Source: Spirogloea muscicola
Taxonomy: Eukaryota
NCBI GenBank assembly: GCA_009602725.1
Contig: WELB01000002.1
Coordinates: 1,832,445 to 1,888,270, forward strand
DNA: 55,826 bases
Direction: 5' to 3'
Within the stretch, counting starts at the first letter, position 1; every line of letters starts with the position of its first letter. The notes beneath the pieces are model-generated. The model was not told the DNA's origin, ran no database searches, and saw nothing but the letters and a program-made list of their open reading frames with translations. This document shows positions 33,201-46,658 of this stretch, in pieces. The translations under genes were made by a program, and so were the position numbers.

Positions 33201-35004
33201 ATATCCGACCATGCTTCTGGCAAGAGTGGGTGCAATAAGTTTATTACTTGCAAAGCACTTGATGACCACCTGCAAACCCCAGTTTGCTCACCAATTTTTG
33301 ATTGCTCATTCCTCAGCTTGATCCTTACAAACTTTTGCATCGGAAAACTTCGTACCAGGTGCAAACTCTTGTTGAGAACAACAAGCAGCTCGATCTGCGG
33401 CATGCTCTTCCTGTGGCTGCAGCAGCTCAGCCTGTTGCGGTTGGTGATGAGGTTATTGAACAGGTATTGATCGTGGAGATGAACAGGGGCCACCTTTGAC
33501 AACAAGATGTGCCCTTTACTTTTGCACAATTTGGTGATAAACCCTTGTGCAACTATGGGCAGTCTGACAATATCAACGAAGTGCAGGCCAGATGAAGTTG
33601 TTGGCATCTGCGCTCTTGTACAAATTGTCAGTATGAAATGCCGGCTTCAGGTAATTGATGGTATCTGTGTGATGTGACTCAGGTGCTCGTTTTTGTCACA
33701 CGAAGATTGGAGCAGCTTCTGGTAATTATCTTGACATACTCTCTTTGTCTCTGAAATAGTAATAATAGTATTCCTCTACGCATTGCACAATGCACAGTAA
33801 TAGTCTGCTTAATGGGCTTGTTGTTGTTTGCCTGTGTTCATGAAGCACAAGCAGGGGCTTGTGCTTCATGACTTAGAAACAGCCCTGCTTTCAGTGAACA
33901 ATTGTCTACATTACAGATGGGTCAATATGGCAGTCCTTAAGTACACCGCTTTTTTTGGTGAGCCTTGCCCAATACTCGTTTGTTCCTTCATGTAGGTTGA
34001 CAGCGGAGCTCGTGTTGAGCATGTGCGATCAGTGCTGGCAGAGAGGGGGGCTGTGCCTGCTCTTGCGGCGCTCTCTGTAAGACAGGTGGGATCGAGCATA
34101 CTACCTACGTGGGTCTTGATCTGCACCTGTAGATAGTGGAGCACCTGCCTCTTGCACAGCAATGACTTATGGCTTGTCTGTCTGCGCTGCATGCGTGGGC
34201 AGATGGAGGAGGTAGCTGGCAGGGGACTCGAGGAGATTGCGGTGGCTTACGCTCGGCCAACGCGGATAGTCAGAGGCAAGGAGATAGATCCCACGTGGCA
34301 GGTCGATCTGGAGGTGTTTGAGTCCGATGCTGAGACAGCTCTCTGGGAGGCATATCAGCAAACCAGTAGCAGAATACATCCAGGTACTTGATCTCGTCCA
34401 GAGTATAATAATCTGTAGAAACTGTATTTGTATGTTGTAATGTTGATAAGGTGTGGGGCATTTGGTCAGCTTTGCACTGAAGCAGCTGTAACACTGTCAA
34501 TGGCAGGGGTGTCAATTGGTGACTTTGTTGCAGCCTCCCAAGTCCTGGTGGAGCCACTAGAGGCCTTCTTCGCCAATGTCTTTGTCATGGCGGTAAGTCA
34601 TGCTGAAAGTGTACCATGCACTGGGCTCATAATGCCATGTCGATAATTTGATCACAGGAGGTTCTGCTCCACTTTGTTCACTCTTGGTGACCAATGGCAA
34701 GCCACAGCGGGCTACTTTCAGTGTGTCAAAGTGCATGCATGTGCTTTTGTCAAATTTATTCCTGACACTCTCGATACCGAGAATATAGAAGTAATCACTT
34801 GGAATGCTTACGTGGGCTCGCAATAGACAGCCTTCACAGATCTGCTGACCATAATAGCCAAAAAGGCTTAATCAGTAGCGTGGATGTTTTTTCCTTCCAC
34901 TTCAGGAGGATGAGCGGTTGCAGAAGAACAGGCTGGCACTGCTCCACAAATTGGCGTCGCTGTCTGACGGCGTTGCGGATCTCTCCCTCCTTCCTGGCTT
35001 TTGA
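27254..35004 (+). CDS. organellar glycine-tRNA ligase, fused bacterial-type alpha+beta subunits (EDD1-like)
   Basis: Transit-like N-terminus. Alpha part: [82 protein letters not shown]. Beta part: [38 protein letters not shown], ending NRLALL...DLSLLPGF*. Confidence 0.95.
31408..31469. repeat. perfect 62-bp palindrome in a GlyRS intron
   Basis: acatgggcctcagcttccttgtccaatttga followed directly by its exact reverse complement. Confidence 0.95.
33838..33871. repeat. 15-bp inverted repeat with 4-nt loop in a GlyRS intron
   Basis: tcatgaagcacaagc-aggg-gcttgtgcttcatga. Confidence 0.9.
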
Positions 35005-35624
35005 GACTGGTGTTGGCCTCTTGTTGCCCCTGATCCCTGACGAACTAAGATCTTAGCAAAATCATCAGAGTCTCAAAGCCCACAACGATCCTGGCTCAAC
35101 ATCGCAGGCTTGTTGCACATTGCCACTCGAAGCATATTGCAAGCAACCGCCGGGGTTGATCTCCTTGATTATCATTTTGACCTTGTAGATATTGTCAATG
35201 GCTCATGGTTGCATCGGAAAGGCAGTCACTCTTAGCATGCAAGAAAGCATTGACTCCCTTGTTCAGGATTGCTTAAGCAGTCATGCAGAGGTGAAAATTG
35301 TCATTAGCCATCGTCATACTTGACCTTGGCTGCTGAAGAGCATCACGCTTGGAGTTGGTTCTCCATATCGAGGGCAAGGATGGGATGTTCCGCTTGCCCT
35401 CAGAAATGGCGAGCTAAGAGCGTGGTGCAACAGTTACTGTGCAAGCTTTGAGACGTTATTATGCGTGTGAAACGAGGAAATCGGTCAGCCAAAGGGCCCA
35501 GCTCGCAGAGCGCTTGGTGTGCTGATCAATGTTGCTAGGATTGTTGAGCCCGTCTTCTGGGACGTACTAGCGTAGTGTGATGACGGGACGAAAGGCCACA
35601 AATTATACCCCGTAATGACTTCGT

Positions 35625-36260
35625 CCTCACTGTTCTTTGGGCTGGCCTTTCACAGTGGTAGCCCCCTTTTGAAAACCTCTCGTTTCAGTGCAAGTCTGTG
35701 CAATGCAGCTGCTGTTATTGTTTGTTGGACTCAAGGATGTGCTCGCTCTGCTGGGTGAGCGCCCCAACGACCTTGTGGGCCCCCGCAAATCAAATTGCTG
35801 TCTTGAGAGGACCGCTCCTACAGCTTGCAGCGGCAGTTGTTGGAGCTTTGCCGACCTCAAGTTCTCAGCGTGCAGACCGGGTGCATGTAAGCAGCCAGCC
35901 CAGAATGCACAGGACTGAAGAAAACTCTCCATCACATCACCTCAGTCGGCTGATCGGCATGAAAGCAACTCAGTGAAGCCAATTATCCGGGAAAGCATCT
36001 CGTGAAGCCAATTCTCCGGGCAATCTTGTTGTATATATGTTTTCTCCTATATTCATCCTGATATGCACATTGCTGACTCGAGGTCATTAAGCGCTGCTGA
36101 CGTCTTGGAGACCAGTATCTCTCCTTCCGTCCCTTGAGACCTTGTACACTCCTTTGTCCATTCTTCTCTGGGCTGGCTTTGCGAGCCCCTCTTTTCCTAT
36201 GGGCGGGCAACATTCTTTGGGCTGGCCTCTCACAGCCATGACCGTGATTGGAAGAGACTA
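35625..36260 (+). mobile_element. RLE-element 3'-end fragments
   Basis: Stem-loop units at about 35639, 36169 and 36219. A degenerate ORF end DMH..LTRGH* lies at about 36060-36090. Confidence 0.55.
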
Positions 36261-36856
36261 CTGATTCAGTTGTTTGTGGGGCTCTGGCGGTGGTCTCCGA
36301 CGGGGTGGTCTCTGACGGCGGAGTTGACGGCCGTCGCCCTGGCACCCAGAGCCGTTAGCCGACCCCCCAGCTCCGCGGCTCCCCCCCTCCCCGCCGGTTG
36401 GTAACGGCTCTGATGTGGGCCCCTCGCCCGGTGCCCCCCCTTCCTCCTCCCCACCAACCTCTCTCTCCTCCATCACTTCCTAGCTTTCAGCGGGCGCCTC
36501 CCTTAGGGGGGGGGGACCCTCCCTCCTAAACNCAAGTGAGGCGACTGCGCCCGTCCTGCGGCGCTGCCACTGGTGGCTTTCTCCTGGCTGGCGCCGCCAT
36601 TGCCGCTCCGGCTGGCGCGAAGTGCGGCCGCGCGGCCCGCTCGCCTCCGGCGCCAGGCGGCCCGGCGGCCGCAGCAGCTGGCTTCGGCGGCGCGGATCTG
36701 CTGCTCTGGCCCTCGGCAGAGCAGCCTCCCGAGGCGGGCGTCGGCCTCCGGACGGACATTCATTGCTGTACTTCGTATCAGCAGACTGACGTTGCATAGG
36801 GCCCGAGATCTGGCCTGCTCCGGCATTCAGACATCCCGCAGCTCCCTGGCTGGTCC

Positions 36857-39800
36857 ATGGCCGCCTTGGAGGCAGGGTGCCTCGCCAGGTCGTGGCGACT
36901 TACTTCTGATCAATTGGCAGTGGTCATGCGCCATGGCGCTGCCTGCCTCGCTTGACGGTGCTCGTTGCTTCTCGCAGGGGGGCCGACTCCGAGCCCAGCG
37001 CGGCGGCGTCGCCGGGCGACCGCTCGCGGCGGCGCGGCTGCTCGTGGGTTATCGTCCTCGTGGTGGCGCTGATCGCCGTGGCCGTCGTGACGGGCAGCGG
37101 GTTCTTCGCCCAGGGCTCTGGCGGCGCCGAGGACGCGCTGCTCACCACTGGCGGCGCTGCTGTGGGCAAGGCCGGCAAGGGCTTCCCGCGGCAGGTCTGC
37201 CAGCTGCCGCCACCAGGTCCCTGAGCTTGCCTTTTGAGAGGCCTGTGCTGAGGGCTTGGACAGCGCCGACGGGCTCAGCGGGCTTGGTTGATGTCATTGC
37301 CTGGCGATGCAGGGGAATGCAGCTAAGACGAAGCTGGAGGAAGAGGACCCCGTCGACGATGCAGAAGACAAGGCACCTGAGAGTGGCGACGGTGGTGGTG
37401 GCGGCGCTGGTGCGGCTGTGGCCATGGACCACGTGGACAAGCGCAAGGCCATGTTCGCTATGCTCCTGAAGGACAAGGAGGCTGCTCACGAGCAACAAGC
37501 TCAGAGCCGGCTGAGGGCGACCGGCGCGACGAGCCTCACGGGGCCGGGAGGCGCTGCCGCTGACGACCCGGCGGCAGAGCGTGCGGAGCTCGAGGCCAAT
37601 GCCCACAACATCATGAAGGAGGAGAGGTCCTTCTTCGGCCACGGCCCGCCGCACGATGAGGACCTGTCGCTCAAGCCCGTGGTGGATGCGACTGAGGAGA
37701 AGGAGGCCAGCGAGGACGCGCAAGCAGGGGAGCAGGCGGTCGCGGACGGCGAGAAGGGGGAGCTGAAGGCAGGCAAAGAGCCGCCGGTCGATGCCGATGC
37801 GGATGCAGAAGCCGAAACCGGCGCCGGGGATGCGGCCGCCGGCGAGGCGGAACCCGCGGAAGCGCAGAATGACGTTGCTGGCGACACGATCGACGAGGCC
37901 GACAAGGAAGCCGAGACGGAGCCCGCGGAAGCAGAGCCGGTCAAGCCATCGAGGGCGCTTGGATTTCTACAGCGCTTCCAGCGTGAAACGGGCGCCACGA
38001 CCCTTCCCAGCGATGTACAGGGAGGTGCCGCGGAGAAGGGCGACGGGGAAGTGGAGGAGGCCGCGGATGCTGCTGCGACAGCGGCGGAGGCGGAGGATGC
38101 AGGCGGCGAAGCGTCCTCTGCGAAAACTCCAAAGACTGTGGATGGGGAGCCAGTTGTCGGAGGAGGCAGCAAGGGGCTCGAAGCCACTGATGCGGAAACG
38201 GAGGAGCCGGAGAAGGATGCAGGCGATGAAGCCGGTGAGGGCGGCGAGCCGAAGAAGGATGCAGTCGATGAAGCTGGTGAGAGCAGCGAGGAGCCAACCA
38301 AGGAGGAGGACGCCGAGCCCCATGACAAGGAGGCAACGACGGACAGGGACGGCGAGGTGGAGGCGGGCGAGAGCCAATTGGGAGGAGGTGCGCAGCTTGC
38401 GGCGACTGCTGAGAAAGCTGCAGATCCGGATAGCGCAGACGATGGTGCTGTCGATGGTGCAGACGAAGGCAAGCCCGAGGCCGACGGCGACGTGGGCGAT
38501 GGCGAGCGCAAGCGCGAGGGCGAGGCGGAGGGCGAGGCGGACGGGGAGCGCGAGGCCGAGGGCGATGGTCAAGAGGGCGGGCCCAAGGACGGCATCCTCG
38601 GCGCTCTCGACGCCGCCGCCGACAAGCCCGACCACGCCACCGGCATCCTCGGTGCTCTCGGCGCCGCCGTGGACAAGGCCGACCGCGCCGCTGGCACGGC
38701 GTTGCTGGGCAGGAGGCACCGGCGCGTGGACGAGGAGCAGGGCCGCAATGTGGCCACTGCTGCTCTGGACGAGCCTGCGCAGGCTGGTGAGCAGGCCCAG
38801 CTACGAGCAATCTGCAGAGCAGAACCACATGCAGCCTGCATACACTGACACTGTCCATTTGGGTCTAGTAAGACTGAGGGCCATGTGGCGTTGTCCTTGA
38901 ACGAGGTAACCAGTATAGGCTTGAGCATTTGCCGCTTTTAGGACTCAAGTATGGCCACAATCACCTCCTTGCTACGACAAGGGTCTGTTCTCCAGCTGTG
39001 TTGTGTCAGGCTGATCTCTTAGCTCTCTGCTGTCTGCAGATGGTGATGCCGACACGGAGCCCCCTCATGATGCCGAAGCTGAGGACACGAGCGTCAGAAC
39101 AATGGAGTTGAAGCCCATCAACGGCGACGAGGATGTGCAGAAGCCGCTGGGCAGGACCAGACACGCACTCAAGCGAGGGTTGAAGAAGCGGCCACTCACT
39201 CGGGTAAGAGATGAGCTTCTCTCACATTGACAATCTGGTCTCAAAATCTCAGCAAATTGGCAGGCTAAGTGTACTGTACTACTACTAGTGGACTATCCTT
39301 GACAAGATATCTGTTCCATGGCAGTGCTTACTGATGCATAATCGATCCTTTATAATCTTCATGCAGTAGTCTGAGCACTATAAAAGTCTACATCCTTCAA
39401 TCAAAGGCACGCACTGATACTCAGTCATGCTCTATAATAAAGATTAGATTGAAGATGTTGGATCAACTTCCATCGTGGCAATCGGTCAGGCGTAGCAATA
39501 GCCAGCAGCTGCTGAGAATCATGACATGCTGTGTGTGGCAGGCCAGAAAGGTAAAGCGGAGGGACGGAGACAGCTTGGCAGTTCCAGTCCCTGACGCTGT
39601 TGAGCTGCCAGGTGTGCTGTTTTTTCATTTATTAATGCTTTGCCTTCAGGGAGTGTATTTAACAGTGTTGAGTTCAAAATCAAGATAATCACAGATGTAA
39701 AAAGTGGCATGCTGTCTGCTTTATCATAAGATGTCAGGTCAGCAGGCATACATTGATAGCAACTTGCCTGGTGGGGGGGTTGTGTCACTAACTCACAAGT

Positions 39801-42800
39801 GCTGGCTTCTTTCTCGTGCCCTGTCCTGCAGCCGAGGACCTCAGTGGTGACGATCCTTTGGCTGTGGGTAAGATTGGGGACGGCGAGCACAGCTCGCCCC
39901 GGCGGACAGGTACCAGCTCCAGCAAGACCAGGAGGCGCAAGTCCAGGCAGCAGGCAGCCCTGGACGCTGCTGTCAGGAAGAAGGAGCTCAGGCTGAAGCG
40001 CCGGAAGCAGAGGGTGGGAAGTGAAACAGCCGAGAAATCGGAAGGTGAACCCTCTCTGTGATACAGAGGTGGCGGTCATTTCCAGGAGCACAGACTGTTC
40101 TGTCTGAAGCTTGCTAGGTGATCCGATAAATTATTCAGTGATGAGAATTTCATGTCAACTTTCTTACCTGGAAAATAATGTGATGAGTTCTGGATGTGTT
40201 GTGAATGTCAGTCCAAAGCGCGACTGCACTTGACTGCAAGACTTCCTAATCAGCAGATGTTGACTCTTTTTTCTGGTAATGTCCTTCCTACAGATCGACA
40301 AGGGCTGACTAAGGGCCGCCGCAGAGCCCTGCCAAAGAAGGCCCTCCATCGCAGGGGCCGCAAGGAGAAAATGGCGCTACATGAGGAAGGGGAAGCCAGT
40401 GAAGAGCACGTGCTCGTCGAGAGAGCAGAGGATGGAGCTGGGGCCGAAGTGGAAGAGAAGCTGCCGCTGCTCGAGCCTGGTGGCAAGGGCTTCACGCAGG
40501 CCACCGAAGTCGCTGACCCCCTCAGCACGGGAGCTGGAGCTGCCGCTGCCGCTGCCGCTGCCGGCCGCTCTGCAGATGGAGCTAATCCCGACAACATCCC
40601 GGGCAGGAAGACAGCCATCTGCCTTGTCGGGGGGGTACGTGAGCTGGACCTGAGTGGCACAAGCCTCAAGGAGCACCTGCTGCCAGCTTTTGAGAAGTAA
40701 GCTCTCGCAATCAAGCCAGGTCATGCTACATCAACTGCCCAATAATTCTATGGTGGTTGAAATTTGGCTTGACTTCCAAGAATGGATCACTATCGTGGTT
40801 CAGGACTAGGCTGAACGATCTGGACGGGGATATTGCTTGCAAAATAGGGTGAGTCTGAGATGGCATCTGAATACTCAGCCCTTTAGCCAGTGGATCTGAG
40901 GATTTGCGCGCCATGCTATCTGGGGCTGCCTTCCGCAGCGCGGACGTCTTTGTGACCACAATGCTGGACAAGAACACACACAAGCTCAGCGTCCTGAAGG
41001 GTGTCAAGCTGGTGGCGGTCAAGGTTGTGTCGCTCAAGGCCCTGCTTGCCAGGGAAGGCCAAATAGATCAGGTCTGCCCCACACTTGGCCGTTGCTCACT
41101 CCAGCTGGACACGTGTACGATGAGTGGGGCCGTAAGAGTTCCCCGTCTCAGTGATCAGCATGGGGCATTTAAGAAGTATGTCACTGCTACTTTGGCAAGC
41201 ACGAGCAGGATGCAGTATTCATCATCTCACAAGCTTCCTGCTGCTGCTGTGCCGGCCGAGCCCAGGGAGTTGTCGACGACCTCGTAGCAGATGGCACTCC
41301 TTCCGGCAAGGAAGGTTAGTCATGCACACGTGCCCTTAGCGGTCATTGGTAAAGACCTCATACCTGTTCGCTTGGCAAGGGCGTTTCGTGATCCTGGAGC
41401 CTCGGCACCTTCTGGCATTTCGCCCACTTGGGCTGATTGAGGCGTGTTGCTCCCCACTATGCTCGCAGCTCTCCTCCACTACTATCAGCTCGTCGAGAGC
41501 TGCTTCAACCTCATTGAGATGTACGAGACGAAGAAGGACGTCATGTACGAACAGGTGCTGTGGACCCGCATTGACACGTTCTGGAGCAGCCGGCCCCACC
41601 TCTCCCGAGCCCATGCTGAAGCCTATTATGCACCCGAGGTAACAGACGGCAGCACCTGGCTTCCATGAAGCACCTGTCTTTGCAGTTTGGAGTTGTGTAC
41701 CTTCCCTTCCATCTATCATAGGAAGTTATCCAGTTGAGCTTTTTGTTGGAAAACAGACGAGCTCCAGAAGATCAGAAAGCCTGCTCAATTATTGTCCAAC
41801 AAATGGGAGACAGCTCCAGAGGTTAGGCTTTTCTATAAAGCCTTGCTCAATTGGCGCTTGCTGATTTTCTGATCGGCGCCGATCTCGTCTGCAGGGCTCA
41901 TCTGGCACCGATTTTGGTGGGCTTAATGATCGCCTTGGTCTTGGCCCCCGCGAATACAGCAAGGCAGCCATGATGCGATACACAGCCCTAAAAGACTTGC
42001 ATGCCAAGGGCTTGGAGAGGTACCATCTCCAGCACACTGGCTGAAGCCCGTGTGCTGTGCCCTCTCCTCTGGCTTCTCTCTTTTGTCGGGCTGTTGTTGG
42101 TCCTCCAGTGCATGCCTTGCGCTGCATGGCTGTGCACCAATGACATGGACTTGGTCAGCAGGGTTCACATGTACGTCAACATGCAAGTGCCATTGCCTTG
42201 CTGCAGGCAGCGGTTATTTGACTCTGCATTGCTGCTGCTTGCACACGGCTTGCTTGCTGCGGAGCTTCAAACACTTCATTCTGTGCCAGGACTCTGAAGC
42301 ATCCCCCTTCCTCGCCCACCCTCACCCCGGTCATCTCGCGCTCTTCTCCCCTCCCTCCACACCTCTCTCCCTTCCTTCCCTCTCTCCCTTTCTGTGTGTG
42401 GTGGTCCTAGGCTCGGCTCGGAGGGCATCTACAAGGCACAGCTGGAAGCGGCGGGCGTACCTGTGGAGCGGCTGGACCTGCCCTTCTGCATCCCGACACA
42501 CCGTACATTCCCTTTTCCACCGGTGGACGCACCCGTCGCGCCCATGGGCACTCCAGCTGCGCGCAACGGCATCTACTGCCGGCCCTGCAAGCCGCTGGCG
42601 GAGGTCGACGTGGCCCTGCGGAGCAACTGGGACATGGACGTCTTCTGCGATGCGTCGACCGAGTGGGAGGACAGCTGGGAGTCCATTTTCGACCAGGTGC
42701 GCTTCGTCGGCTGCTCTGCACCGGCAAGGACGCTTGTTCTCCCGCCGCTGTGATTGCCTGTCAGTGAGTCGCCGTTAGAGGCGGCAAGCATGACGCCGCC

Positions 42801-43036
42801 ACTGAGCTTGCTGCCACTCGTTTTCTCACTCATTTGGTGTTGCCGTTATGACTGGCTGCATGCAGATGGCCGCTCCGGAGGCCGCCGAGGTGCGGCGGCA
42901 CGTGCGCGACCGCAGCCAGGAGCAGTGCCTGGTGGACGTGCGTGCGCTGCTGAAGCCGCTGGGCACGCAGTACCGAGGCGTGCCTGCGGCGCGCATATGC
43001 AAGCAGGCCTTCCTCAAGGACGCGCCATCCTTTTGA
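36857..43036 (+). CDS. type II membrane protein: TM anchor, long acidic then basic stalk, conserved plant-type C-terminal domain (possibly glycosyltransferase-like)
   Basis: TM segment WVIVLVVALIAVAVVTG; 1.47-kb acidic exon 37313-38786. C-terminal motifs KTAICLVGGVRELDLSG, ADVFVTTMLDKNTHKL, LLHYYQLVESC, YEQVLWTRIDTFWS, FGGLNDRLG, SEGIYKAQL, GIYCRPC, CDASTEWEDSWESIFD resemble an uncharacterised land-plant family (from memory). Confidence 0.7.
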
Positions 43037-43714
43037 GCTCGCTTTGCTGCCAGCTGTCGACTCTTTTAGACGTGCTTGCTAGTAGCGCGGCAAGCGTCGC
43101 AGCGCAGCTTTCAAGACTCGTGGCTGCGCCATAACTTCCGCAGCCGGAGTGCCCTGCCTTTAACGTGGAGCTCTGGCCGCTGAATGCTGCCGCCTGCTCA
43201 GACCAATGGATTCCGTCCTCCCTCTCTGCCCGGCCGTCTGGCGCATTCCTGGCTCCCCACCAGCATAGCCCGGCTCGCTCAGGCGGCCTTGCTAGTCACT
43301 GTTCTTTCGGCTTGGGAGAGGACCATCTTTGCTGCTTTCAGTCACAAAGTGGTCAGATTCTGGCATGCTGTGTCTGAGAGCTCCGTCGCTGTGAGCGACC
43401 AAGATCAATCGCTGACTCTGTTCGTGGCACTTTTATTGTGGTTCCTCAGCGATTATTATGCATGCATGCGTAATGTTGCTGGTGCTTGATAGACATGAAG
43501 CTTGTGAAGTACTCAACATGATAATGGACTTGTGGAAAGTGGTTGCTGCTTCGCTGTCAGCACTTTCACAATGCCTGGTGCAGTTGCTCTTCTTGCTTTT
43601 GGCGCAACCTGGGGCAGCCTGCCTTCGGAGTTGGTGAAGGTGCTCAACCCTGGTCTGAGCGAGTCAGACGGTCGCCATGGGGAGCTTGATTGCCACCACC
43701 CCAGTCTCAGGCGC

Positions 43715-46658
43715 TCAGGGCTCAGACTTAAAACGTTTCATGGCCTGGTTGATTGCATCCACCGTCTGCAGAGGGGCGCCACTATGGCTTCGTGAATGAT
43801 CGACCATCCGCAGTCCAGCATGCAGTTGGCAAGGGCGCATGGGCTGCCAAGGACTCACAATGCTTGCTTTTCGAGTGCGCTGGCTCCCTTCATTTGGCTC
43901 CTGGCTGTCCAGCTCCACCTCGTAACCCCCCAGCTTTGCAGTCCTTTGCGGCAGCTTTGGAAGAGTGTTGCAGCCCGTGGAGCTTGCAAGTGGAAGGGTG
44001 TTTTTAGCTGGAGGATCATCGCGTGCAATGACGGCCTGGCCCTGCCATTGCAATGTGAATAGCAATATCACATCTCAAAGCGTTTGGGCTGCAAACAATC
44101 AATCGGTGCAAGGATGCAGTGCAGTCGTGACACCTTGTTGGAGCTGGCCTGTGCTGGAGCTGCAGATGTCACAACTTGCGGCTGTGGAGAAGGGGGAATA
44201 TCTTTGGCCAGTGCTCTTGTCCTTGGCCTGCCCCGAGGTCGCTTTGCTGGAGCTGCAGGTTCTTGCCTTGTCATTTCCGACCCCACAGACTGGACGATGC
44301 CGCGAGTAGACAAGGCCTTCAGCCCCTCGACGACATTGGCCACACTGTCTGATTTTGGAGCCTGGCTGGTGGGCCCTTGCTTCGTTTCTTCTTCGTCAGA
44401 GTCGGTTGAATCACCATCGCCATCATTTGTTTGAGTGCGTCCCTGGCTCTTGTTATCTTTTGGCCCAGCTTCACAGGGATCCAGGACACTTTTGACCTGG
44501 AGTAACAAGCCAACACAGTCAGTCAGCGGAGATCAAAGATTGATTGGTAACATCAGCTGCACATATGCAAATGCGTCTGTGCAAATGTTATGAGGCAGCA
44601 AAAGCTCATACGTATTACTTGCCTTCAAAGCAACTGCATAGTGCTTGCTGTTAATTTCGCCTATTTTCATCCGTAATGGTGTCTTAGACCATAGCAGCTG
44701 CTCCTCTGGTGGAGAATGCCGGAAGAAAGGTGGCTCATACTCCCTAGGCTGCACATCATTGAGGAGCAACCTTCATGGAAGAGTAGCAATGGTAGGCACA
44801 GTCCCAACAGCACCTGCCAGTACGTAGTACTAGTAGCAAAACTTCGCCAGGTGGCAGTAGGGAAAAGTACATCATTGCAAAGAGGAAGTAGAGGAAGACT
44901 TTCTGTGTGCTAGAATGCAACATAGTCGCTCAGGAAGCTGCACCGTGATGTGATCATAGTAGAAGAGCTTCATCAGAATAGTCCTCTGCCAGTATTGGAA
45001 CAGCGTCACTGGCATAGTAAGTTGCTGACCATATAGTAAATGAATCAAAGAGCAAGCAGGGTCTGTAGCAAGGCGGACAGAGCAATTAGTACTTCAATTG
45101 TGCCCCACCTCCTCTGGCACCGAATCCAATGTACGCATCAGCTGGACAAGTGTACGGACCATCTTGCATGCCGAGTTTCTGCACGTGCCATGACCATGTG
45201 TCATAACATGGCAAATCCTTGTCTATCTGTCGCAATCAGGACTATGCTGGAAAGGTACATCCAGCTTGTGTGATCTGTGTGATGGATTACAGGTGCTTGA
45301 TATGAGCGACTTTGTGGATGATTGATAGCACCGAAACAAGCGGAGTATCAGGGACATACTTCATCTGCTGTGGAGAGATGTCTGCTGTTGGCGCTTTGAA
45401 AGACTTTGCCTTGGCTGTACTTTCATTACAAGCAACGCTCAAGATGACTTGTGAATCCAATGATTCCCCAGCATAGGTGAACGAGACTGCACATCATAAT
45501 TTCTGTGGAGATAAGCATGATCAGCTATTGCAGAAGTGTGAGGACATTTGTTAGTGCACGATACAATCAGCCCAGATGTAGGTGCGAAAGCTTGACATGC
45601 TCAGAGCACAAATCATTGCAAGCTTCTGTCGTCGTACACGTGTACTCCTCCAACAAAGGACCATCGTCGACCTCGCAAAGGCCGAAAGACATGCTCCGAA
45701 GGTATTTACGCTGAAGTGCATCACAAACCCCTACAACGGAGGTGCAGGCAGATATTTTGTCAACATGCAACTTGCATCCTTGTCTCTTGTTGTGCTCCTG
45801 CAAAAAAGTATCCATTGGCAGTCATCGCCCATTCTCCCCTCCGCTGCTTACTACAATATCAAGTCACACAAAATTAGCAAATGTGAACGTGTCAATCAAA
45901 GACTACTTCCATCACCTTTCTCTAGCCAGTCAATGAGGCGTTTGGACTCGTCGTTGATTGGCATCAATTTTTTGATCTTCATCTCTGTATGTGAACACAT
46001 TGACTATATGAGGATGCCTGCTATACATGTTGTTGAGTCAAATGCTTCACCTCGGCAAGAAGTGAGGTTGTAAATGCGGAGGTGTGAGTTGCGGCACATC
46101 ATCTCAAAGGTACACGCATTTGAGACTTGTTGCGCTTCCACACCTAAAGCCGATTGCGCTTACATACCTAAGGCCGGAACGTATTTGTCCTCAAAGAACT
46201 TGTCTGGAAAGAGCCCCCGGATGTAGCTGATATTGAAGACGGCTATCCGCAACAAGTTCCTGGTCTGTAATTACCACTGATATGCAAGCATATGAATTCA
46301 CTCTGGCTGGAGGTCTGCACTTAGTCGTGGAGATGGTGCAAACCAAGATGCGTAAACGATGAGGGATCTGCTGCTCTTACAAGTTGAAGGCTCTCTTTCT
46401 CGGTTATTTTGGTAGATTCTTTAGTTGCCTGGGCCTGCAATGCTGCGACCTGCATGTGACTAAAAATCCGAATGTCAATCATCTGAAGCACGTCAGATTT
46501 AGTGATACCTGATGAGGAGCTCTACCAAGTATAGGCCACGAACTTCTGGTCAAAGGACACATCAGTATATAGTGGTAGATTATTTCAGCAAGTCGTGCTG
46601 CTGACTGAGAAGTCATGCTCGCAAGAGCTGCCTGCAGGTGTCACACGGTGCGCACCAT
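43715..46658 (-). CDS. ASY1: meiotic HORMA-domain protein ASY1/HOP1
   Basis: Probable ATG-only first coding exon, then [107 protein letters not shown]. The C-terminus [23 protein letters not shown] is closure-motif-like. Confidence 0.95.

Noticed and set aside
27254..35004. Alpha-beta fusion of GlyRS as a novelty
   Set aside because: This fusion is the established form of plant organellar GlyRS.
36200..36216. GGGCAACATTC, resembling an HDV ribozyme segment
   Set aside because: I could not build the nested double pseudoknot and the other copies lack it; probably chance.
37501..38900. Long overlapping ORFs (336, 369, 305 and 250 aa) on other frames and the opposite strand
   Set aside because: Shadows of the GC-rich acidic exon; low complexity, no motifs.
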